Assembly: GCA_026026165.1 (NCBI GenBank)
Contig: JAPEUD010000083.1
Span: 1 to 64,000, forward strand
Origin: Sarea resinae
Taxonomy: Eukaryota
DNA: 64,000 nt
Reading direction: 5' to 3'
The stretch's first letter is position 1, and each line of letters begins with the position of its first letter. Shown here piece after piece: positions 12,121 to 23,067 of the stretch. Position numbers and translations under genes: made by a program. A model generated the notes under the pieces. The model saw only the letters and a program-made list of their open reading frames with translations, was not told where the DNA came from and did not search any database.

Positions 12121-15100
12121 TCATTCACGAAACCAGGCCTCCCAGGCTCCCTGCTCTTGCTGTGGCCTTTGTTGTTGTCGCCGTTGTCGTTGTCGTGTGT
12201 CGTCACTGTCGTCTCCATGCCTTTCCCCATGCCCGTCCCCATCTCCATCTCCATCTCCACTCGTGCTCTCGCCGGGCTTCAGGGTCCCATCTGCAGCGAC
12301 GGCCCAGTACATATAGCCGACGGTAAAGGACGAGAGATATTCCCTCGGCGGGTCAGAGCCAGCGCCGGTTTCGAACTCGGTACCGGCGGAGAGGACGCGG
12401 TAGTCGAGGATGGGGATCTGGCATGAGCGGTGTGAGATGTCGGCAGCATCATCATTCGGATCCACGCCCACATCTAGATCCCACTCCCGCCGCCTCGGCA
12501 AAGACGACGACGACGACGAGGAAACCCCACCCAACATATCCCACGTTGTCGGCGGCGGTGGCATCGCCCTCAACACACGCAGTACGTGCGCTATGAACGC
12601 CCAAACGGCCTCGGGCTCGTCGACACTGTCTACCAGGATCACGCGGCGCGTCGTGCGCCAGGCGTGCAGGTCGTCGCCGGTAGCCGAGAGCGGGTGGACG
12701 ATGCGCGCGTCTGTGGAGTGGGGGATTGCGTGGGTGGAGAGGAGGGTGTGGATGTTGGCCGAATCATTGGCAGACAAGCTGGGAGAGACGAGGGCGGTCG
12801 TGTTGGTGAAGAGACATGGGCCGGATGTTGAAGAGGCAGAAGAGGGAGCGTAGACGCAATGAGTTTGGGGCCAAAAGATCGAGCGGGGACTGCTGGTGGG
12901 AGGGGGATGGGTGAGGATCTGTGGTTGAGGCTGCTCCCGCGGTTGATCTTGTTGCTGGGGTGTATTTGCGATGGTATCTGAGGGCGTGTGATATGACATT
13001 TCTCGAGAGACGATGTATCTGTTTTCGTTCCTTCGATGACGCGTGATATGATGGGTAGGCCGAGGCTCACTAGTAGGCGGCCGTGATAGAAATGGATTCG
13101 GATTCTGGAGAGCGCGTGAGAAGTGTGGTGTAAAAGTACTCCGACGTCTTTGATTTTCTCTTGTCTTACTGCATCCGTGGTCTTCCGATGGTGACTCTAC
13201 CTCGCGAATCTTCTCAGTACATTCCTGGACAGATGCTCGTCTGAGTACGTTAGAGACACCACGACTGTTGTGTCGCTGTGGTGAGGTATTGGTGATATTA
13301 GCCAGAATATTGGCTGGGGCTGAACCTTCAGTCTGCTGTAGGGAAGGGCATGAAGGATATTGCGGAGAATTCAAAGTGGATGACGATGTATCTTTCAGAA
13401 CGGTGCTCTTCGGCCTCTTTTTCGCTGGTGAACTGACCCGCGAATGAAGTGAGCTATGATTGCGTTTGTTGGAAGCTTCAAGTGAATGGTCGTTGCTATT
13501 GACCTGCTTCAAAATAGCAACGCAGCTGTGTTGACTTTGTGATGCATGCGTGACTGGGAGAGGAGCACTAGAGCTTGTAGCGTGATGTGATTTGCTGAGA
13601 ATGGTGGAAGACAACTTCGAAGAAGCTCCCAACAACAGATCAGGCGCAGGGGCTCTCTCTGGCCGTGAAGGTGAAACGACGTTCGTCAATTGTAAGGGAT
13701 CCATGTCATGCTTGTCCGGACTTGATGACACTCTTTCACCCTTGTGACCGTAGTCAGCTCGCTCAAGCTTAGCTATCCATTCTGTTTCTTCTTGAGAGGA
13801 ACTGTCTTCAGGCGCGATCATTGCTTCCTTGGCCATTTGCTGCAGCTCTGCAAAACTGACGGCATCCTTGTAATTCCTGTCCCAGTGTATCTTGAGCACA
13901 CGAGGAAATCGAAGTGTGAAATGAGCCGAATTCTGTGGCTTATGGAAACCACTTCCCATGACTTCTAGAACAAAGGGTTCAGTGAAGATTGAATCGATGG
14001 GAGGCATGTCGGTAGCCATCACCCAGTCATAAGGGACTGTCGTGCTACAGCTGATTGCCGGTCTCGCCCGGAATTTTCCAAGCTCGTTCATCTCCTTGAG
14101 GTCATGCTTGTTGAGATGACTCAAAGCATCAAGTACCTTGAAGTGAGGCTTCGCATGAAAGCGGACAACCTCCTCCTTGTTTTCCAAGCAGCCAATGTAA
14201 AATCTCGTCCAAAGAGCATTCTTCCCGCTCTGACAGGCTCGTGTCCCGTCATAGCTGGCTCCAATGACAGCTAAGTCCGCAGTATCACCCAGTCCGGTAA
14301 TGTAATCTTTCTTCAGCTTGATCCAGCAGCCAGCGTAATGCTGTGACGATCCCCCCCTTTTTAAAGGAAAGTATGGCTCGTCAAAAGGCTTCAACACGAA
14401 TCCCTCCCATCGAGCGACAATCCCTTGTCCGAACGCTTTCCTTACGCGCTTCAGAGCATCTGGAGAAGAGAAATGGACGTCTTCTTGCTCTGCTATTGCC
14501 GCTCTCCCAGGTGAGGGGTTTATGAGCGATATAAGATGGTTCCTGCGAGATGAGTATCTCTTGTTCAGTACGGGGTCATTATCTATTAATAGTACGTCGA
14601 AGAAAATGAGCATCAAATGCTCATAGGCTTGGGGACTGTTCTGGTCAGCCACAGGATCAATGGCGGATGCCAGCGAAATCAACTCACGGAGAGTCCTGCT
14701 CGGTCCCTAGAAAAGTGCCTGTACGGGCAACGTGCTTTCGTAATTTATGAAATCCCAATATTTGCTTGTCCTACGAATCTTTAGACGGAGGAGCATGACC
14801 GGCCTGAGGAAACGATCTACCTTGTCACTATAAACGACTAGTTCACCTTCGAGAATACATCGGCCGACGAAATTGCAGTCGGAATGGTCGATCCTTAGAC
14901 ACGACCGAATGGTACTATAGACGAAGATCAGCCCAGAACTTTATCACAATTTGCTGTTGCCCTACGAGTGAATAGCTCGGCGATCCATAGTAGAATCTTT
15001 TCCACTTTTCGAAAAAATCTGAATCCATTTTGGGCCTTTTGCCAGATCAATGTGAATCTGGCAATACTCTGCGACAAACGTTAATAATCCAACTAGAGTC

Positions 15101-16061
15101 GAGTAGGGGCCAAGAGCTCACCTCCATCATACTTTCGTTCCATGCTCATACGTCTGATGCCGGCCATTTTGGCACAGTGTTTGGTAGACTTTGAGAGATT
15201 AGTCACAGGCTCTCTTCCACACAGCCTGGTACGAGTACTTACTCTCGCCTTTAGGAAAGGGACTCTCCCTACTTTCACCCCGACCGTAGGAATCAGTGCT
15301 TTGGCAGCATGATCTCTTAGAAGATCTTCAACGTCTCTACCAGGTTGACTAGGATATCTGCCAAGCATAGGTCCACGCAAAAGCCCCACGGCCGCCTCAA
15401 ACGACGCTTGCACCTGCAGCAAGTCAGGCAGCAGGAAATGGACCAACTTCAGCACAAGTGCTTCTGGAAGTAGCACTGGAGAGTAATCTTTCAGGATCAT
15501 CCTCGTTAACCACTTGGCATCCCGCGAAGAAAGCCGGTGGAAAAGTGGCTCTAGAATCTGTTCGGATGTATCACCAGGTATCATCGATCCCTTTGCGCGT
15601 ACAGCTGGACTGGAATATCGGTGACGAGCAGCAATCTCGTTCAAAGCTAGATCGATTTCCTCAAGTGTCACCTCGCTGCCAGGCATTGGCACCGGCATCT
15701 CTGCCTGCCGTTGGATCCTCTCCACGCATTCTCCTAGATCACCACCCCCCGAGACCTGCCATTCGTTTAGGTGTCTCTGTCTCTCGACGCCCAAGCGCAA
15801 ACACCGACTGACGACTTTCACCAAGCTTTTCTCTTTGAGACCATATACTCTGTCGGTCCTCCTCTCCGGGAAAAGAGCCGACAACAGAGCAATTGCATTG
15901 GTGTCGCGAGAATCTATGCGCTTTCGATGGTTGCCGAACCATCTGTAAATAGCTTTACGGATGTCTTCGTGAAGAACGATGGGTAACAGCGGAGGGTCAC
16001 GCTTATTCAATTCCTCAATCTCTGATAACAAGTCGCAAAGGTGTGAGAATCTGAACGGCAT
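12121..16061 (-). CDS. ATP-dependent DNA ligase, Lig4-related, lacking a clear tandem BRCT pair; multi-exon
   Basis: N-terminal DNA-binding domain (FSHLCDLL, LFPERRTDRVYGL, GDLGE, KWLTRMILKD). Motif I ERKYDG|EYCQIH spans an intron, followed by IFSKSGKDST, ILEGELVVY, IFFDVL, EGFVLK, WIKLKKDYITGLGDTADL and OB-fold TLRFPRV. Confidence 0.88.
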
Positions 16062-16918
16062 TATGCGCGACGCCAGGTCTTGCAATGTTGTGAAATGGCA
16101 GCCATCGAAGAAACAGACTCCAACGAGGTCAAAGAATGACTATAATATTAGACGAACGAAAGGAAAGAACAAATTGGAGAGAAGGAACAATAGGATAATG
16201 AAACAATTGAAAGATGGCAATATAGACAGATGGAAGGAAATATGGACTGGAGTGGAGGGGGAGAATGACGATTCCCAATGCGACCAAAGTGGAACACGCG
16301 ATCGTGAAGCGAGAGCCGTCACGGTATCACATGACCGTCAATGAAGGTCAGTCGTACTTCTCCTATTCGGGCATATAGTAAATCAGACACGCAGAGCTCC
16401 AGCTTCAACTGAAAGGCCTAGTCCCCAACTAATAGTTCGTTCGTCTGCCTCGAGAATTTGTCCATCGCTGAGACGCTCCCTGATTCTCTGTGTTGAAGAA
16501 TGACGAATTGATACCTCCATACTTGATATAGCGAGCTAGGTATATATATATTGCCCCATATGAGACCCCGTCCCTTCCCGTGGTGGTGAAATATCATATG
16601 ACTAGAGTGTCTAGCCGTTGAGAAAGGATCTGCCTTGTCATATCCCTGCTTAAGTCCCCATTTCCCTGTTTCCCATGCTTGTCCATACAAGCATAAACCG
16701 TTGCTGTATCCCTCAAAATCGAGGAAGAAGAAGAAGAAGAAGAAGAAGAAGAGAATAGTCGTTGCGGAGGGTATCTACATAGGAAAAGCGTTGAAAGCAA
16801 GAAAACCGTCAATCGAGAACAGAAAAAGCTACCATTTCTTCCATTTCAGTTGGTATTTCCACCCATCCCTCAAGCAAGGCATCCACACCCACTCATTACA
16901 GTGAGTACCTAGAAAACC

Positions 16919-19900
16919 TTACCCAGCGCGCCTAAGACCACGCCCACCATGCGCAGTGGCAGAGACATCCCTATCCTCCACACCCGCGAGCAGACTGCCC
17001 GGCGCAAACGTGCTAGGTTCGCTGAGATCAACCATCGGGCCCGCCCTGTCTCCTTGTCCACGGCGAGCATTCTGTGCATTATTCGTCAAGCTGCGCGCCA
17101 GTAGGCCTGTAAACTCTGCTTCTGCTCCAGGTTCTGCTGAGGCTTTCGTTGAGGCATCATTTGCGGAAGACGGAGGGAAAGCGTGGGAAGGGTGGGAAGA
17201 GGGGTGGCGAGTGGATCTGGTCGTCGTGGTGCCAGCACGCTTGAGCATACCTCCTATTCCCGCCAAGGCCCCTGAGGCTTTGATCCCCGTTCCCGCACCC
17301 GCACCCGTGCCCTCACCACCACTCCCACTGCCAGCACCAGCACCAGCAGTCTCAAAGGACGAGGTGGCGGCCTCGATGAGCGGAGCGCCGGGTGGGATGA
17401 CTTCGTGGGGCGAGAAACCGCGACCCTGGCCCTTTCGCGCGTGCTGCGGCGGCGCGCGGTATTCGGGCGTTAGGTCCACGAGCGGCTTCGGTTTGGGTTG
17501 GAGTGAATGAGGGGCGTGATTTTGGTTTTGGTTTTGGCTTTGGTGGTAGCGTGAGGACGAAGGAGTGTGGTGGAGGTTTTGATGCGGACCGGGCGAATGC
17601 GATTTGGATGAGGATGTTTGGTGCGATGTCGATGTCGTCCTGCCTAAGCCTAATCCGCCCATGCCGAGGAAGGAAGAGGGCGAGTCTCCTGCTTCGTCTG
17701 TAGATGGACGCATCCGTAGTGCTCCTCCTCCTGCTGCTGCTGCTGCTGCTGCTGCTGAAGATGGTGGTGGCGTCTCTAGTTCGCCGTTGAGCAGATTCGG
17801 CCCCAAAGTGAAGGGCCCGCTATTAGACGCCTGTGCCATCTCACGCTCGTGCAGCGTTTTCTGCCGCTGGGAGTACGTGCGGCCGAGGAGGCCCGTGGGC
17901 GCGAACGTGGCATCGGTCATTTCCTGCGGGGAGACTCCTTGGATCAGAGATGGATTATGCGTGTGATGTTTGACGTTAGTAGCGCTGGTGGAGGGGTCGT
18001 TTGTGGCTGTAAAGAGGTTCCGGCCAGGCAATGCTGCGTTCCGGCCTTCTCGGTCCCGGACCGAGGCTTTGCGGCCAGGGAAAGCTTTCGTGTCGTATGA
18101 ACGAGGAGCGTCGTCCCGAGAAGAGGCGCCACCACTGGGCTCGTCGCCAACGCCGTGTGAGAATATCTCGTCCAGGTCTAAGAGCGGCTTGAAGGTGCCG
18201 ATCTGATAGGGCGTATTGGACTCTGCCACATGCTGCCCTCCCCTACTGTCCGGACGCTGCGCCGATGTGATTCCCGCATTTGTTTTCGCCATAGATCCCT
18301 CGCCCATTACATTGACAAGATACCAGCTGCGCCATTCCTGCACGGCTTTGTACCAGGCGGCCGCGAGCGCTTTGTCGCCTGTAGCGAAGAAATGCACGAA
18401 ATTGGCCGTGCTCAGAAACATGCTTGATTTCTGCTGGCTCTTGACCGCGAAGCAGAGTTTCTTGGGCGATCTGAGCTTCTTGGACAGTTGATGTGGCGTC
18501 GGCGCGTAGATGTCGAAATCGGAGAGATGGCAGATATTTGTCGCGTCTTTACCGTTCTCTTTCTTGGCCACGACCACTTGCCCGTCCGACCGCAGCGTGA
18601 TCCACCGTTTGTCCCATTTGCCAGGTCGCTGCGAGTAATGAAGATACGCCGATGTCTCGCCGGGTTGTTGCTGGGGTACGGTCACGGCTTCGAGGTCGCG
18701 GTCGGCGCCATTGGTTGCGGAGGGCGCAAGGATAAGGCAATTTTGTGTATCGGAGTCCCAGGAATTCATAATATCTCTGATGTGCTCATACTTTCGAATA
18801 GGGCGTTGGAGACCAAGTTGGTCGAAGGATTCGAGCAGGACAGAGGTTTTGGGGTTGATGTATTGGCTCGAGACATTGGCAGCTGAATAGATCAGGTCCG
18901 TAGGTGTTGTTTCTGGCGTGATGGGTAGCAAGATAGATGTCCCATTGCAGTTGATAGAGACCCTCTTCGTGTCGTTAGCTAGAGCGCTATATTATTCGAG
19001 GAGCGTGAGACTTACTCTTTCTCCGGCATTGACAGCTGATACCGGGGCATCTATCCTGGGCACAACGCCTCCCGTAGGCGTCTCGATCTTGCTAGGGACT
19101 TGAGTCCTGTCCTGCTCAGGAGATCTGCTCTCGAAGTGTTCGATCGGTTCTGAAGCGCCCATATCATCCGTTTTGAGCCTGGATAAGAATCCAAGTCGAC
19201 CCCTCTGCGGGCTCGAGCGCAATGGAGAGAGAGGAGGGTTAGCAAGGGCTTCCTGCTTATTTTGACTCTCAAACTCGTCTCGACGCTTTCTCTCAGCATG
19301 CTCTGCCTTCTTCTGGGCATGCTCTGCGCGCTTAGCCTCTGCGCGCTGCTTCTTGAGCTCTCTCTTACGTTCTTTCTCAGCATTCAAAAGCCTCTCTGAC
19401 GCTTCGCACTCCTGCCGCTCTTTCTCAATCTCCCTTTGTCGCTGCGCTTCTTCAGCTTCGGCCTCTCTCCGTACCGTTTCGAGCTCCTCCTCCTTCCGCT
19501 CCGCTTTTTCCGCAGCCAGTCTTCGGGCGTCATCTCGGAGCTTCTTCTGACGTCTGGCTTCATTCTGCAGTATATTCTTGGCTTCCATCAATGCCACATC
19601 CTCGGTCCCGACTCTCTCGCCCGGCAGCACTGGGAAGCTTGCCGAGTCGTATTGGCGCGAAGTATGCGGTCTCTGAAACTTCTCATGCGATGCGCGATGC
19701 GTGGGCACTCTGGGCGCAGAGGTTGTGCGCCTTCTGGGAATCGAAATTTGAGCATCGGGCTCCTGGGCGGGAGGAGGATATGGCTGTCTCAGGTCCCGTC
19801 GTGAAGAAACCTGAGAGAGAGGTTGCCCTTGCTCCGGGGTCGTAGGAAGGGGGACCTGTCCATTGGCAGGTGGAGCGGTCGGGCGCGTCTTCCGATACCT

Positions 19901-20083
19901 CGATCTGCTCCGTGCAATGGCTTCATTGGGAGGAGAGGTCGGCGCTTCGTTAACCCGCGGTAGAGGGGGAGGGGATGACGGCGAAGATAGCGATGGCGTG
20001 GTCTTTTGCGCTGCAGCTTTCCTCACAGAGCGATATCGTGAGAACTTGAGCTCCTGTGGTTGAGGTTGCACTTCAGACGACAT
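16919..20083 (-). CDS. Uncharacterised protein with Pro-rich N-terminus, coiled coil, RA-like domain and PH domain; 2 exons
   Basis: ORFs 18992-20083 and 16919-18931 are joined by a GTAAGT...GCTAAC...AAG intron (about 18966-19015). PH-like segments KWDKRWITLRSDG, LCFAVKSQ, AAAWYKAV. Confidence 0.8.
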
Positions 20084-20594
20084 GATGTCCCACCAGCGAT
20101 ATCTCCCCAGACCATTGATAGTGATAAGCCTAGCATCTGTCCGTGCACGACTGGTGGAATGGTGTTGCTTGATAAGAAGAGGCTTCCCGGCCTTTGGCCA
20201 CGCGACTGATGGGACTACTTACCCGCCTTACACGAAATTAAGGAGTGTGTGATCGGCAGCGATGAATCACGGCCACGACAATTGTTCACCGCCAACGACG
20301 AACCTGAACAATGGAGAGTACATGTATTGTCATTCAATCGTCTCTGTCGTTTGAGAAAGGAGCCCAGCATATGCTCGCAATTATATAAAACACAACAACT
20401 CCATTCCTTGCCACCCCCCACGCCTACGTAGTACCTACCTGCATGCCTACCCACCTACCTTCTTTACCCGCCTTGGGCGCTGAACATCCTCATTACTCAC
20501 AGTAGCCGCTGGTCCACAGGCTAACCCGAAACGCCTAGCCCTAGCCCGAGCAATATAACCCACAATTAGAGCCAGCCAAACGTTCCCCGACGTG

Positions 20595-20738
20595 GGTGGC
20601 GTAGTATAGTGGTCAGTACGATTCGTTGTGGTCTCCGAAAACGAGTAATTCCTTCGATTCTCGCCCATGCCGATGTATGCAATGGGTGAGTCGGGTCATT
20701 GATCCGAATAGACCCCGGTTCGATTCCGGGCGCCGCCA
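20595..20738 (+). tRNA. tRNA-His(GUG) with a 72-nt intron (20632-20703)
   Basis: Acceptor stem GGTGGCG/CGCCGCC plus A73, D-arm TAGTATAGTGGTCAGTAC, anticodon stem ATTCG/CGAAT with GTG at 20628-20630, T-arm CCCGGTTCGATTCCGGG, TTTTT Pol III terminator at 20741. Confidence 0.93.
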
Positions 20739-21378
20739 GCTTTTTGCTCCTCTGGGAGTTCCGCTGAGGGAAATGAACGGCACCGCTTTTTGGGGTACTG
20801 AAACAGATCCATACCTTGATAGACACTCCGAAGTAGACAGGGTAGGGTATTGAAGTGTATGATTTTTGATGTTTGATGTTTGATGTTTGAACTAGCTAGC
20901 TGGGTGGATCTGATATGCACTCATCGGCTAAATACATACATCACGTGAATACGGTGCGAGCATTCGACAAAGAGAAGGGAGTAAGTACTGTATATATTGA
21001 GAAGCAGCTAGCTGTGTGAGGGGCACACTTATATCGTGAAGGGATTTTTGCTTGGTGGTGCTGTATAAGACCTCCTGAAAATCACCTATAATGTCTTCCT
21101 TGAAATGGAGAAACCTAGCCACGCGGTACCCCAGATGACCTCCTGGTCGCCCAAGTCTCTAGGGACAAGAGGCCTGTCCATAGCTAAGATATGAAATAAG
21201 CATCCACAAAGCATATCAAGCCGTCAGCACTATGACAAGCAGGAAACAACGCCAGGTTGACCCCTTTCCATTCCATCCCATCCCTTCCCAGCCCTTCCTA
21301 TCCCTTCCCAGCCCTTCCTATCCCATCCCATCCCATCCCATCCCATCCCACCCCACCCCTTCGCTTCTTTTCTTTTCC

Positions 21379-23067
21379 CTATCTCCACAGATCTGCCCTG
21401 CTACCTCTCCTTTCAGCCGTCGTCGGGCTGCTAGGCCATCCAGAATCCTCGGTAGGAACTGCCAAAAACCCACCGAAGCCATTACCGACGACGACGCTCT
21501 GCCTGGCATTGCCCCCCCATTGAGGACTAAGACCCTTGCTGATCTGATATGCACTGACGGGTCTAGTAGCGCTCATGCTGCCCCGCGCCCCAGGCTCTGC
21601 CGGTGGTGAAACGGAAGTAAAATTCCATTCGAGCTCGTCAAGACCTTTGCTGTAAATGTTGAGTTTCTGTCTGAACCCCGCATTGCTCGAGCTACGGGCG
21701 AAGGCCGGAGTTGGAGGCGCGAGAAGCACCGTGTCTGGAAAATTGGAATCGCGGACGTAGAGTTCACGGAGATGTGGCAGGGAGTCTGAAAGCAGGCTCT
21801 GGGCTAGGTGGCTGTAGTACGAATCTGATGATCGCTGAAATCCTTGAGCGGCAGAAGATGATGTGAGCTCGTAGTGCAGGGTGTGGAGTGAAGTCGATGC
21901 GAGGGAAGGTACTGGCTCCAGAGGAAAAGGACGGGTAATTTCATCAACGATGGATAGATGGGATAGACGGGTTGCGCTGGCCAGGATCAGATGCAGTTTT
22001 GTCGGAAGGATGCCAGTAGAGTTGAGCACCAATGATGATAGAACTTCCCGTGTCTCTGGCCGGGAAAGATATAGGGAGAGTCCCTCGACCGTCAAGTTTG
22101 GAGTGGATTGAAGAGACAACTTCTGAAGAGCTGGTAGGGAAGGTAGCATTGGTGTCGACTGGAAAATTGTGTCGTCTATTGCAGGGAAGTCGGACATTTT
22201 CAACTCATGCAGAATGGGTAGAGAGGCTAGAACCATTAGCAGATTGCCAGGATTGAGCGCAAGCTGAGAAAGTTCCAGCGTTTGCAGAGCCTGCCAAGCA
22301 CGGTTCTGGCCTAGTAACGAAAATGAAGGCTCGGAGCCAGCATTGTACTTCATTTTTTGGATTTCCGGGCATCTGGCTTGCAGCTCTTGCTTTAGAGTGT
22401 GACAGGACGGATCATCACTAAAGAAACCCTCGGGCAAATCCACGTATTCCAGATTTGGTAACACGGAGACGGTCCTCGCAAGGTCGGCTTTACAGGTTTC
22501 GCGGGTCATGTAGGGCAACTTGAGAAAATGCACCACAACCGCCAAAGAAATGTTTTCGCGAACGGTTCGGGAGAAGAGTTTCAGACGTTGTTGGGGTGCA
22601 TCTGCGACGTCCTGATTTGATCGGAACGATCGCCGCTTTTGACGTTTCTCGGAAAGTTCGATTTCCTTTTCGCAATAGTGAACGGCATCCATTCGGACAC
22701 TATGATATCTAAAGGCAATTTGGTCAGCATCGTGGTCTTAAAGCGCGCAGTGGAACCCTTACAGAAGATCTTGGGCTGCCGTGTTCCATTTATGGTTCAC
22801 CGAGGCGCAATGCGCGAGATCCCGCATGTCGCAAAGCATGCAGCCATCCTCCGTCATGGAATCCTCGCAAGACTCTAGATTCTCATCTTGGGCATGTGGG
22901 CAGACAAAGGCAAGTATATTCTGGAGCACCGCGGGTGGGAGTATGGCGGCCAGACTCTGCCCATATCCATTGCGGCCGACGACCGTCGAGGTAAGCTGAT
23001 CGGTCGACGATGGCTCAGCCTTGTTCTTCAGCAGCGACTTCGATCGTATGTGTTTGAGGAACTTCAT
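21379..23067 (-). CDS. F-box / leucine-rich-repeat protein, 2 exons
   Basis: F-box-like LPPAVLQNILAFV...DLAHCASVNHKW, then LRR units (LPNLEYVDL, LQTLELSQL, LPALQKLSL, LPHLRELYV). GTAAGG...GCTGAC...TAG intron near 22709-22762. Confidence 0.85.

Noticed and set aside
15189..15242. 54-nt stop-free in-frame intron in the ligase gene
   Set aside because: Strong canonical signals (GTAAGT, ACTAAT, AAG) and such introns arise often by chance; no evidence for functional retention.
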